Shown: one piece after another, positions 51,826 to 63,340 of the stretch
Layout of the letters: the number at the start of each line of letters is the position of its first letter
Position numbering within the stretch: position 1 is the stretch's first letter
From: an uncultured bacterium
Lineage (GTDB): Bacteria > Zixibacteria > MSB-5A5 > CAIYYT01
Length of the DNA: 64,000 nucleotides
Assembly: GCA_963726455.1 (NCBI GenBank)
Contig: CAVSCK010000004.1
Location: forward strand, 640,001-704,000
Reading direction: 5' to 3'
The notes under the pieces: generated by a model
The model's database searches: none
What the model was told of the DNA's origin: nothing
Seen by the model: only the letters and a program-made list of their open reading frames with translations
Translations under genes and position numbers: made by a program

Positions 51826-52137
51826 TTACCTTCCCGAGAGCAGATGGTAATGCAAGTGAAACACGGTCTGGCCTGAACGCGGGCCGTTGTTGATCATTAC
51901 GCGGAAGTCTTTGGCCTTGTCACCCAATTCCTCCACGACATGCTTTACGGTTTCCGCCAGCATGCGATGCACTTCAGGAGGGGCATCCATAAAATCGCGG
52001 TAGTGAGTCTTGGGGCAAATCAACAGATGAATCGGCATCGCCTGGGCGCGATCGTGGAAAACGATGACATCATCGGTCTCGTAAAATATCTTCGCAGGCG
52101 CTTCGCCACTAATAATGCGGCAGAAAATGCAATTCAC
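51826..52137 (-). CDS. HIT-family nucleotide hydrolase
   Basis: CIFCRII, GQTVFHLHYHL; start taken as GTG 52137 (uncertain). Confidence 0.88.
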   Translation of the reverse strand: MNCIFCRIISGEAPAKIFYETDDVIVFHDRAQAMPIHLLICPKTHYRDFMDAPPEVHRMLAETVKHVVEELGDKAKDFRVMINNGPRSGQTVFHLHYHLLSGR

Positions 52138-52272
52138 CTGCGTATAAAACAGCGACGGCATAAGCACGTCAATCAGATTTTTGCTTGCGCATCGGATTTG
52201 CGTGACCGATATCTGGCATGACGAATCTGATTTCGCGCAGTTCATCCGGGACCAATGTTGAGGGAGTCGGAA

Positions 52273-53650
52273 ATGAAGATAACGTTTTATGGCGGCACCG
52301 AGACCACTACCGGCTCGATGCACATTCTGGAAGTTGAAGGCGCCAAAATTCTGCTCGATTGCGGAATGTATCAGGGCAGCCGCAAGAAGGCGTATGACCT
52401 CAACAAGAATTTCCCCTTCGATCCCGTCATCTCTGGAGACGGTCATTCTGTCCCACGCGCATATCGATCACTGCGGCAATCTTCCCAATCTGCACGAACA
52501 GGGCTACGAGGAGAAGATCTTCTGCACTCATGCCACTCGCGATCTCGCCAGCGTGATGCTCAAGGACGCCGCCTACATTCAGATGAAGGACGCCGAGTAC
52601 TTGCAGAAGCATGGCAAGGTCGCCTACGGACCGCTGTATGATATCATGGCTGCTGAGAAAACGATCTGGCATTTTGCCTCGGTGAATTATCATCAGAAGT
52701 TTCGGATACATCCGTCTGTCAAGGTTGAGTTCTTCGATGCCGGGCATATCCTGGGCGCAGCGCTGACGAAGTTCTACGTGGCACAGAACGGCCAGAATCG
52801 TGGAAGTAGTTTATGCCGTCGATTTGGGGCGCAAGAATCTGCCGATCCTGCGCGATCCGGAATCGGTCGGTCATGCCGACTATCTGATCATCGAGTCAAC
52901 CTATGGTGGCAGACACCACACCGATATCACGAAGGCCTCGTCATTAGTCGCAGAAGTTATCAATCGCACAGCTCAAGCGCGGCGGCAAGCTTATCGTGCC
53001 GGCCTTTAGTCTGGAGCGGACACAGGAATTGGTCTATGTCATTCGCGGACTAAAGAAGGCAAAGCGGATTCCCAATGTGCCGGTATACATCGATTCGCCA
53101 CTTGCAGTCAATGTCACCGACATTTTCCGATTGCATCCGGAGTGTTTCGACCATGAGACCAACCAGATGCTGGAGCAGGATGAGGATCCGTTCGGTAGCG
53201 CCGAGTGTACTTACGTCCGTTCAGTGGATGCATCCAAACGACTCAACGGGCTGCCCGGGCCGCTGATCATTCTCTCTGCCTCGGGCATGTGCGAAGCGGG
53301 ACGCATCTTGCACCATCTCGCCAACAACTGCGAGGACCCCAAGAACACCATCCTGATAGTTGGCTATCAGGCCGAGGGTACTTTAGGCGACGAATTGTCG
53401 AGGGCGCCAAGGACATCAAGATTTTCGGGGATATCTACAAGCTCAACGCCGAAGTGGTCGAACTTGACACGTTCTCTGCTCACGCCGATGAAACTGATTT
53501 GGTGAACTATGTCGCGACTCTGAATCCCAGGCCTAAGAAGACCTTCCTGGTTCACGGCGAACTTACGGCACGCACCGCCCTGCAGAAGGCCTCATGGAGC
53601 AGGCCGGTATCGACGCGTAATGCCGAGAGCGGGCCAGTCCTTCGATTTAA
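52273..53650 (+). CDS. MBL-fold beta-CASP ribonuclease, multiple frameshifts
   Basis: LLDCGMYQG, SHAHIDH, AGHILG, ESTYG, SASGMCEAGR, FSAHAD, LVHGE. Confidence 0.9.
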
Positions 53651-54006
53651 ATGGAACGTAAGTCAGATACAATAGCTCTGAACTAGCACTATCTTTGCGA
53701 AAAGATGCACTTACTGCGGGATAGTATTTTAGAGCCAAAACTGCCTCGTTTCTGCGTTTAGCAGTTCTACAGGAAAGCCGTCAGCATAGGCCAGAACCGA
53801 CGTAGAGGCGCAAAAGAGGGCTAAAGTAGTTTAAAATATCGCTTGACAGAAAGCGGGGGCAATATTATCTAATCGAACCGAATTTCGTGAATTATTTCAC
53901 ATAATCGGCCAGTCGATGCCGCTGATTTGGATCGACCGGAAGAAGCGTAATACACAGCTTTGACGCGAAAATACAGAACCAAGTATAACTAGTGAGGTAA
54001 CGCTGA

Positions 54007-55320
54007 ATGAGTGCACTAAAAGACAAACTCACAGTTGAATTCCCGAAGTTCCGGGACGAAATTGCGGCACTAGTCAAAGAGCACGGCGACGTCAAGATCT
54101 CCGAAGTCACAATCGCGCAGGCCTATGGCGGCATGCGCGGTGTCAACGGACTGGTCTGTGACACTTCCGAAGTGCCCCCGGACAAAGGGCTCATCATTCG
54201 CGGCATTCCGATTGCCGATCTCACCGAAAAGTCGCCGGAGGAGGTTTTCTGGCTGCTGTTGACCGGCGAACTGCCGACCAAGGATCAGGTCAAGGACTTA
54301 GTCGCCGATCTGAAGGCCCGCGCCAAGGTTCCTGACTATGTGTGGAAGGTTCTGGAAGCCATGCCGAAGGATTCCCATCCGATGGCAATGTTCGACACCG
54401 CCATCCTGGTTATGGAAAAAGAATCGAAGTTCCGCGAGAACTATGACCAAGGCATGAAGAAGTCGGACTATTGGGTCTGGACCTTGGAAGATGCTCTGGA
54501 CATCGTCGCCAAGCTGCCGGAAATCGCTGCCGGTGTTTATCGGATGCGTTTCAACAAGGGCGCGACGCATTCCGTTCGATCCCTCGCTTGACTGGTCAGG
54601 CAACTATGTCAAGATGCTCGGTCTGGGCGACCCGGGCGGCAAGTTCACGGAATGCATGAAGCTGTATCTCGTGCTGCACTCCGATCACGAATCCGGAAAC
54701 GTCAGCGCGCATACGACGTTCTGCGTCAATTCGGCCCTGTCCGACCTTTACTACTCGCTGTCCGCCGGTCTTGAACGGTCTGGCTGGCCCACTGCACGGA
54801 CTTGCCAATCAGGAGTGTCTGGGTTGGGTTTTGGAAACCAAGAAGAAATTTGGCGGCGTTCCGACCGAAAAGCAACTGCATGATTTCGCTTGGGAAACTC
54901 TGAATTCAGGTAAGGTCGTTCCCGGTTATGGCCATGCGGTACTTCGCATTACCGACCCGCGTTTCACGGCGTTCCTCGCCTGGGGCAAGAAGAATATCCC
55001 GGAGGACGAGACCTTCCAGCTTGTGGCGCGAGTGTTTGACGTTGTGCCGGAAGTACTTAAAGCAGGTTCAGAAGATTAAGGATCCGTGGCCGAATGTTGA
55101 TGCCGGTTCGGGTGCACTTCTTTATCATTTCGGCTTGACAGAATTCCCGTATTATACTGTATTGTTCTCCGTTTCGCGAGCGCTCGGTGTCTGCGCTCAG
55201 GCCGTTGTCGCCCGCGCAATGGGCTGGCCAATTGAGAGACCGAAGTCGGTCACGACGAAGTGGCTTAAAGGCAAGGCGAAGTTGAATAATTGTGGAACTC
55301 TGACGGCCTTTGGTCGTTAA
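54007..55320 (+). CDS. gltA: Citrate (Si)-synthase, eukaryote/Geobacter type, frameshifted
   Basis: [61 protein letters not shown]. Confidence 0.92.
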
Positions 55321-55450
55321 ATATGCGAGTGAAGAAACTAAGACATCGCCAGATGTTTAGGAATTTAGATAATCCTACCGGAAGGGCCTGAGGGATTATC
55401 GCTTCAGGTTGCTCCTCGGGGACCCTTCCTTATCCTACCCTGTACCCAAC

Positions 55451-55492
55451 GGGCGGAGGTGGTCGAAAGACGACTTCCGCCTTCCTTTCTTT
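55451..55492 (+). terminator. Rho-independent terminator
   Basis: ggcggaggtggtc-gaaa-gacgacttccgcc followed by a pyrimidine/T tail. Confidence 0.6.
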
Positions 55493-55541
55493 ATATCGAC
55501 AAAACTCAGACTTGTGAAATCGAAATTCTATACGGAACGAA

Positions 55542-56460
55542 TCAGGTCGCGCAGGGGTCGAAAATCAGTGAGAATAATTCCTGTCTTCTTGAGCACGTCT
55601 TTGAGACGGTCGGACAGTCAGGAATTTGATAGTCCCATTGTCGCACGTCAGGATGGCTCATGCCGTCTGTTGGTTGGTGGCTGTCTCGCAGCAAACATGG
55701 ATGGAAGTATATCTCGGTGATACCGGAGGGCAGATTCGTCAGCAGATCGGCAGTGTAATCTTCCTTTTCCTGATAGCTGCGGAATGAGTCGATCGGCACA
55801 TAGATCAGGTTGTCGGGAACGTGGATGTTCGGCGCGTCGAATGTTGTCCACCCAGCGTCCGTCCAAACCGACCGCCTCGAGCAGCAAACGGGAACCAGAA
55901 CGTATGGGCAGCCGATATTCATTGGCGCAAGCCGCAATAGATTTCCGCGAATTCCGGTCGTAGCTGCAGTGTGCCTTCGTGGCTGTCGAAGTGCGTGACG
56001 TCGACGCCGTCTGCCAGGGCGCGATCAAGTTGCGCTTTGGCTTCAAGATATGCCTCCTCCGGAGCCGCATTTTCGAAGAAGACCTTGCGATCAGGATGAA
56101 ATCGCGATGTTGGGACCTAGCAGAGATGGTATTTCGTTCGGTGATGTGACTGGACAGGAACCGTCTTCGGTGTAGTCGCCGGTCAGACTGATGTGGACGC
56201 CACAGGGAAAATTAGCCCGACTTCGGTAGAGCGACAGCGCCTCGGAATAAGAAGCATGCGGTGACCATAATGGTCGGCGGACGTAATCCAGGAATTGTCA
56301 AGTAGTTCCGCAATTGCGGTGTTGACTGCGGGAGCGAGACCGAAGTCATCGGCGTTGATGATCAAGCAACTTATCCGACGCCGTGTAACCAAGATGCTCG
56401 GCAACAGTCGCCAAACGATTGCGAAACAAATACTTTTCTGGTGTGCGCAAAAGGATACAT
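55542..56460 (-). CDS. YdjC/ChbG/HpnK-family deacetylase, heavily frameshifted
   Basis: LIINADDFGL, HFDSHEG and GITEIYFHP in different frames. Confidence 0.75.
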
Positions 56461-56655
56461 GATGGTAAGAATAGCTTGAATTGACGGCCGGGCGCAAGGA
56501 TACCGGAGACTGGTCTGATCGGGAATTAAATAAGGGAGTGGTGGAGGGGGGATACCCGATTCTAACATCGGGCGGCTGGTTGGTCCAGCGCGCACCACTC
56601 CCAATCTCTAACAACTCGGCAAAAGAGCTCACACAAGGTGGCCCGCTGTTTCAAA

Positions 56656-56671
56656 TGCAAACATCGTGCCT
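56656..56671 (-). promoter_or_regulatory. Sigma-54 promoter
   Basis: Minus strand AGGCACGATGTTTGCA, GG-N10-GC. Confidence 0.7.
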
Positions 56672-56848
56672 GACGTCCACAGTACCCGCAAACATACGGC
56701 AGGACTGCCTAGATAAGTAGTACTATGTTAAGCGGTTGGACTGCAGCCGAATCGACCGGCCTAGCGTAATTCGACACGGAAGGTCAGACCGGTAAACTGA
56801 GACCACGACGGCAATTATATGCAAACACTTGCCTACCGGAAGAAGAGC

Positions 56849-58070
56849 TCAATCAGCACAACCGCACGACCCGGCGCCGCCGGCGAAGATGTACTGGATG
56901 ATGGACACGCAATCTGAAATATCGGTAGCATTGTCGCAGTTAATGTCACCGGCTTTGGATGTCAGCCGGTTGTTGCCCACCGGCGAAGATGTAGCCGATC
57001 AGATATACGGCATCGGAAATATCGATGTCGCCCGTGCCGTTGGCATCTCCGCGCATCACGTAGCAGGACGGATATTTTGCCGCGAGCACCGGTCCATCGC
57101 CGGTGCGGAAACGTGCAACGATGCGGCCGGAGGGAGTGATTTCGGTAATTGTGTCATCGGAGAAATTGCAGCTCACGACCGTGCTGTCGCTCACGGCAGT
57201 AACAGTCGTGACACCGAGGTCGGTATAAATAGGATTAGCAGGGCCACGCAGCAAAGTGAACGAGGAAAGATCAACGGTGTACACTTCCCCGTGTCCGGCA
57301 AATCCACCGGCGGCCAGGAACAATATTCCAGATGAAGTGATGGCCATATTTCCGGGCGAGCCACCGACGCTGAGACTGTCGACGATCTCCCCACTGCCGG
57401 AGTTGAGACGATAGAGCGTTCCCCATTGCGAGAAATAGTCGCCGGTGCAGATGACATAAAGATAGCCGTCGTCACCGCAGTGCGACGTCCTGCGGATTGG
57501 TGCCGACGGGAATCGAACTGGTGACGGTGTTGGTCGCAAGGTCGAATGCCTGCAGGTAACCATGACCATAAGTGTAATTGCCAAAGTCGAAATTCGTGAC
57601 GCAGATGAATGCTTTGCCTCCGATGAATGACAACACCCTCCGGCGATTTGCCGACGTTGTACTCCCCTATCACGCTGCGGCTGCGGATGTTCACGCGCGT
57701 CACTGTTGATGAAGTCAAATTCGTTATGAGCGCAATGCTGTCATTGAACATCGCTCCACCGTACGGATTTCTGCCGCTACCGAGGAATAATGTTCCGGCC
57801 GGCGTCATTGCGGGCAGATTAAAGAAGTAAAGATCGTTCGACGAGGAATTAATCGCGACACCGATTTGCTTCGAAACCAGAAAGTCATTCGGCGCCAGAC
57901 CCAAGGTGGCGATATTTGTGAGTGATCGTGCTGTCCGCGAGATTCACGAAATCAGCAGTCTCGCCCAGACCGTTTACTACGATCAGATTTCGGTTGTACG
58001 CTGCTGCCTGCGCGAAGAGCATTGCTACCAGTAGTGTGATGTATCGAATAAACATGATTGTGTTCCTCAT
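56849..58070 (-). CDS. YncE/BtuG-like beta-propeller with C-terminal dockerin-like domain, frameshifted
   Basis: Signal peptide; propeller blades (VGKSPEG, VGGSPG, TGDGP); GDANGTGDIDISDAVYLIGYIF; directly downstream of the TonB receptor. Confidence 0.75.
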
Positions 58071-58071
58071 C

Positions 58072-60231
58072 TTATAATTCCACAGTTAGTGATGTAGTGA
58101 AGTTACGCGGCGGCATGGGTACGCGTTCGAGAATCTCGTACCGCGTGTTGCCCAGGTTGTAGACCGCCAGAGTCAGAATTTCGCGAGCACCCAGAAATTG
58201 TGTGGTGAACTCCAACGACACGTCATGCAATGAGTATGCGGGCAGTGCCTTGGTGTTTGCCTCACGGATATAGCGGACACCGGTGTACGAATAAGTGTAG
58301 TCCAGTTTGCAGCGCCAGAAACGCACGGCGATAGTTGCCCGGTCGGTGCGATCCGGCTGAAACGGAATCACCAAACCGTAATAGTTCTCCGAGCGCGACA
58401 GATTAATCGAGTTCTGAATCGTATGATGAAATTGCGCCGACAATCGTTGATTGAATGTTGTCATCGATAGGCCGATTTCCGTGCCCGTGATTTGGGCGCG
58501 CGACAGATTCACCGGCGTGTACTTGCCGTCAAAGCGACGCCGCCAATAGATCATCCCATCAACATCATTGACAAAATGTCGGACTTGTCCCGTCGCGCGA
58601 ATTCTATCTCCGATCTCCGCACGCAATTGGATATCGCGCAACCGGGCGCGTTCGGGCTGCAAATCTGGATTACCAATGGCAAAGACATCGCTGCTCCAGA
58701 ACAACGCATCGATCGGCGGCAATCGAAATGACTCTGCATAGTTGGCGGATACCTCTAGATCAAGTATGCGCTCTGAAGAAATCGCCAGCGACACGTGCGG
58801 CGACCTGTAGTTGCGATTATCTACGCGGTCGATTCGATATGCCAGACCGTAATTGATTGCCGCGAAAGTCATGCTTTGTTGGTAACCCACGCGAGTGAAG
58901 GCCGCGGAGGTGCGACGCTTGATGGCGGGAAGTGATGACTCCGGTTGAAGGCGATCGTCGTTGAAAAAGTTCTCGGAAAGATACTGCCCGCCAAGATCAA
59001 AGTCGAGCCGGTGCGCAATTGACCACGTCCTGGTCGCATCGAATTGGCGCGCGACTTGTAGATAATGGCGGTCATAAGTGATCGTGCCGAGCGCATCGCG
59101 ATAATTCTGAGTCAGTTCGCGATAGGCCGCGTTGGCGCTGACTGTCGATGTGCGATAAGCGGCTCCAAGTTGAGTACTCGAATGCGTCGCAGTTGCGCCG
59201 GGTGTTTCCTGCAAAACGGCGCCGGGGATGCCGTGATAGCCGTCGTAGTGGCGAGCGGTTACGGTGAGCGGCTTGACCCGGTTGATGCTGAGCGTGGCGA
59301 AATAGCTTGCCTGACGCGACGCGTTGTTGGCACGCTGCTGATCGCCAAGATACGGATGAGCATATTCGAAGTTGTTTCGACTGAAGCTGTATTCATAATC
59401 CGCGAGCAGTTGCATGCCACCGACTATCGTTTGGCTGGTGTTTATCAATTCACGGTTGAGCGCGTAACTTCCAAACGTGCCGGTCGCCGACAACTTTGAC
59501 GGCTCATCCCGGGTCGGTTGTTTGGATACGATATTGACCGCGCCACCCAGAGCGCCCTCGCCGAATCGCGACGCCGCACCGGAAGAGTACACTTCAATCT
59601 TGTCCACGGATGTTAGCGGAATCGTAGCCAAGTCCGCAGCATTGCCATTCGGATTCAACGGTACGCCATCAAGCAGAACGAGTGTTCGCTGCGGAGTAAG
59701 TCCGGCAAGTGACAAATATTTCGCTCTGCCGTCAGACTGTATTAAGTATCCTTGCTCATCGAGGAAGCCGCCGACATCGACGCGGCTGCTGGCTCTGATT
59801 TGTGTCGTGTCGTATTGTGTCGTTCCCGTCTGAATATCGCGTTTCGCAGTGACGGTTTGCGACGTAGACCTAACCGTGATGGGATGAAGCGCGATGTCGA
59901 TGCTGGCAGTTTCTCCCTCGCGAACAAGCGTCGCGTTGGTCTGACGTTTGACATGAAATGCCGAGTTGAGTTGCAGTGTAATTGTGCCGGGCATGATACG
60001 TTCAAGTCGATAGCGGCCGTCGTAATCGGTAACAGTCGAAGTGCCATCGGGCAGGACGGTCACGACGACTCCGGCGATCGGTTGATGCAGGATATCGTCG
60101 GTGACGCGGCCGAAGACGGTTGCGAAGTTTTGCGCCGACACTTGCAAATGCAGGCCGAGGATAAGCAGCACAATTGCGAGGAGTGATGTTCGTCGATGTT
60201 TAGTACGGTGTGCCCGAAAGATTGATCGCAT
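58072..60231 (-). CDS. btuB: TonB-dependent receptor, BtuB-like
   Basis: N-terminal CarboxypepD-like domain, plug LLDGVPLN..IEV..GALGGAVNI, NLGN.RY C-terminus; follows a cobalamin riboswitch. Confidence 0.85.
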   Translation of the reverse strand: MRSIFRAHRTKHRRTSLLAIVLLILGLHLQVSAQNFATVFGRVTDDILHQPIAGVVVTVLPDGTSTVTDYDGRYRLERIMPGTITLQLNSAFHVKRQTNATLVREGETASIDIALHPITVRSTSQTVTAKRDIQTGTTQYDTTQIRASSRVDVGGFLDEQGYLIQSDGRAKYLSLAGLTPQRTLVLLDGVPLNPNGNAADLATIPLTSVDKIEVYSSGAASRFGEGALGGAVNIVSKQPTRDEPSKLSATGTFGSYALNRELINTSQTIVGGMQLLADYEYSFSRNNFEYAHPYLGDQQRANNASRQASYFATLSINRVKPLTVTARHYDGYHGIPGAVLQETPGATATHSSTQLGAAYRTSTVSANAAYRELTQNYRDALGTITYDRHYLQVARQFDATRTWSIAHRLDFDLGGQYLSENFFNDDRLQPESSLPAIKRRTSAAFTRVGYQQSMTFAAINYGLAYRIDRVDNRNYRSPHVSLAISSERILDLEVSANYAESFRLPPIDALFWSSDVFAIGNPDLQPERARLRDIQLRAEIGDRIRATGQVRHFVNDVDGMIYWRRRFDGKYTPVNLSRAQITGTEIGLSMTTFNQRLSAQFHHTIQNSINLSRSENYYGLVIPFQPDRTDRATIAVRFWRCKLDYTYSYTGVRYIREANTKALPAYSLHDVSLEFTTQFLGAREILTLAVYNLGNTRYEILERVPMPPRNFTTSLTVEL

Positions 60232-60492
60232 AAGCGAATCTCCCTGGGCGGGAATGATGGTACCGATTCATGAAGGTGTCAAAACCGAAGCGGTATTGAC
60301 CCACAGGAATCGGACAAGGATTGTTGCGACTGTGCCGGACGAAGCTGGGTTACTGCACTCGTTTCGAAGACGTGCGAATGCGCCTGGATTCCCACCTTCG
60401 TGGGAATGACAACGAACCGCGTGCAAGCGATTTGAATTTGACGGCAAGTCGGTTACTCTCCCGAACCCGCGCCGGAATAAGTTAACGTTGAT

Positions 60493-60673
60493 GGCTTTCG
60501 GCAGGTCTCCTGACTTGGCAGTTTTGCGTCCGCGGTTTGCGGGACGCTGCCTACTCTCCCTCGCCTTCCCGGGCTTCGACCCAGTGGCACGGTGGGGATT
60601 TCGTCGCTGCTTACAGTAGCGGGGCTGTGCGGGATTTTCACCCGCTTCCCTATTAAGCTTCGCACCGAAAGCC
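60493..60673 (-). ncRNA. Cobalamin riboswitch
   Basis: Minus strand GGTGC..AATAGGGAAGCGGGTGAAAATCCCGCACAGCCCCGCTACTGTAA..GCCACTG..GGGAAGGC..AAGTCAGGAGACCTGCC (B12 box). Confidence 0.95.
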
Positions 60674-60803
60674 GGTGATGATTACAAGGCGAGGATAGAA
60701 TGTGTTGAAGGAGGATGTCAAGGGCAATGTCGAGACCGGCCTCGTCGACCCTAAGTATTGTTACGCGACTCTTAGACTGTTTCTCCGAGGCAAAGAAACA
60801 ATA

Positions 60804-62060
60804 CTAGGGCTCAACGAAAAGCTGCGGATGCCCGATCTTAAGCTGTGCCAACAGGCTCGAGTCCATTTCCGCCTGCCAGAGAGTCCGAGCCTTCGAGAGC
60901 TGCTCTACGGCAAGACCCTTAGCACCCTGAAGCTTCGTTTGTGCGAGGCTAGCACCCGCAAGCGAGCAGTTTTCCAGGTCAGCTCCTCGAAAGTCGGACG
61001 CAAAGAGACTGGCAGAAGTCAAATTCGCGTCTCGAAGAACCGCATTACGAAAGTAAGCACCCCCAAGATTCGCGCCCTCCAGGGAAGCACCGATGAGCTC
61101 GGCGCTGTCAACGGTTGCATAAACTAGCCGAGCAGCCTGCAAGTTCGCGTAATTAAGATTAGCTCTCTTCAGTATGCACCCCATAAGATCTGCACCCTCG
61201 AGGTGGGCCCCTTCGAGATCAACCCAATATAGCCTGTCATAATCTTTGGACGGCTCCTCGACAAGTTTCTTCCCTCTGAGATCGAGGCAGAAGAGACTTC
61301 GAAGAACGTTGGAGCTGAATGGAGAAATCCAGGTGGGGCGTCCATACGGAAAGCCAGCATTTGCCCAAGGCACAAGGAATCCCATCATCACAACAAGAAT
61401 CATCATATAGACAAGCCACTTGATCATTGGTTCCCCAATGCCCTGCAGGCCCACGCGTTTCACCAAGCCAGAGTTATAGTAACGGAACTCAAGATAGAAG
61501 GTGACTGTATATGCTATGAACAACAAGACTCCTATGACGATGGATTGAATCGCATCGTGCATAGCTAATGTCTTTACGAAGAATGCGAGAAGCGCAATTG
61601 GTAATAGATGCCACAAGATGCTTTGGTGCACAATGTACTGCATTTGGCCTATGAAAACGGGTACCCTATCGGCTCGGCCGTTTACACTCCAAGATCTCAG
61701 CCGAAAGCCCGAAGCATCCGAATAATCAGTTTCTGCTTCCCATATCATTCCTTTCAGCCGAAATTCGAATGTGACCACAAACAGAAAGAGCCCGATTAGT
61801 ACCAATGGTGCTGCTCGGAAAAATACATCTAAAGGAATGGAGACATTCGCTAGAGGCAAAATCACGCCCCGCTTGAAAAGTAATTGTTGGTCTGAAGTAC
61901 TCGCCGCGGTGAGAAAGCTATAGCTTACGAAACTTACATACAGAAGCCTAGCCTTCGAGGCAGATTTTGAGACTCCCTTGATGTTTTCTATCAGCCATTG
62001 GGGAATCTCGGGTTTCTTCGGCTCTTCAATGCTGTACTCGGAGTTGTTTTCCCCTACCAT
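60804..62060 (-). CDS. Membrane protein with C-terminal pentapeptide repeats
   Basis: Several TM segments followed by A(D/N)Lxx repeats. Confidence 0.85.
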   Translation of the reverse strand: MVGENNSEYSIEEPKKPEIPQWLIENIKGVSKSASKARLLYVSFVSYSFLTAASTSDQQLLFKRGVILPLANVSIPLDVFFRAAPLVLIGLFLFVVTFEFRLKGMIWEAETDYSDASGFRLRSWSVNGRADRVPVFIGQMQYIVHQSILWHLLPIALLAFFVKTLAMHDAIQSIVIGVLLFIAYTVTFYLEFRYYNSGLVKRVGLQGIGEPMIKWLVYMMILVVMMGFLVPWANAGFPYGRPTWISPFSSNVLRSLFCLDLRGKKLVEEPSKDYDRLYWVDLEGAHLEGADLMGCILKRANLNYANLQAARLVYATVDSAELIGASLEGANLGGAYFRNAVLRDANLTSASLFASDFRGADLENCSLAGASLAQTKLQGAKGLAVEQLSKARTLWQAEMDSSLLAQLKIGHPQLFVEP

Positions 62061-62125
62061 GTTACCAATATAGACAGTTTATGCAATCGCGCAAGGTGAG
62101 ACAATGGGCACGTAGCAAGGTGCCC

Positions 62126-63290
62126 CTACGGCTGCGTTTCCTGCGCCACCAACTGCCCGCAGGCGGCGGCGATTTTCAGACCTTTGGCTTTGCGGAAAGT
62201 GACTGCCGGACAGCGGGGATACAAGTATTCGCGGAAGCGGTCGATGGCTTCCATGGTCGGCGGTTTGAAATCATACGGAGTGAACGGTTTGAGCTTTGGT
62301 TGACTTGCGTGGTGCTTCACCACGAAGAGCTGCGAGACGACCGTGTTTTAGCCTCTTTGATCGGCGCCAGCGGCGGCCTTCGGGATCGACGATCGGATTG
62401 TAGGCGATCAGATTGACTTTGCACGGAAGTTTGCGGGTGAGGTCGGCCAGTTCTTTGGCGCATTCCATCGTGTCGGTGATACCGGCGATCAGATGTACTC
62501 CAGCGTCACGCGGTCACCGGCCTGCGCGATGTAATCGCGACAGGCGGGAATCAGCTTGTCCAAGTGGATTGTCTTTGGCGGCAGGAATCAGACGTTCACG
62601 TAATGCTTGAATCGGCGCGTGTAAGGACAACGCCAGACCAGACTTAAGACCGTGCTTGGTGAGTTCGCCGAAGCTGCTTGACCAACCCGACGGTCGAGAT
62701 CGTAAACTTGCGCGCGGAAAACGAGATGCCAAGTTCGGAGCTGGCGTTTCGATTGCATGAGATCACATTCATGAGATTCAGCAGTGGCTCTCCCATCCCC
62801 ATCATACACGACATTGGCAACACCCTTCTCGCCTGCCAGATCGTCGCGCCAGCACCAATTGCCCCAGCATTTCGCCGGGGTCAGGTTGCGTTTGAATCCG
62901 AGCAGACCGGTCGCGCAGAATTTGCAGCCGATCGTGCAGCCGACCTGGCTCGACATACAGAGCGCCAGTCGCCCGTGCACCGGAATCAACACCATTTCGA
63001 CCAGACTGTCGTCATGCATTTTCACGAGGAATTTGCGGGTGCCATCGTCCGGGTCGCGCTGTTCCTTGACGACTTCCGGCAGGACGATTTCGCATCTGGT
63101 CGGCGAGGTTATTTCGCAACGTCTTGTTGAAGCTTGTCATTTCGTGGAAGCTGTAAACCTCCTTCTGGTAGACCCACTGGAAAAGCTGGCGGCCGCGAAA
63201 CGGCTTCTCCCCCAATCCGCCATCAGCATTCTCCATCTCGTTGAGTGACAAGCCGAAAAGGTTAGTGCGCGAAGGTATTGACATGGCCAT
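62126..63290 (-). CDS. rlmN: 23S rRNA/tRNA m2A methyltransferase (radical SAM), multiple frameshifts
   Basis: FRGRQLFQW, SSQVGCTIGCKFCATG, LALSLHAP, VNLIAYNP, IAAACGQL. Confidence 0.92.
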
Positions 63291-63340
63291 ACAAAGAACG
63301 TTTATTACGAGGTCTTGGCAATGGCTTTTTTGGAGGAACG

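Noticed and set aside
56534-56560. tRNA/tmRNA 3' end (CCTCCACCA on the minus strand)
   Set aside because: No T-loop GTTCGA or cloverleaf upstream.
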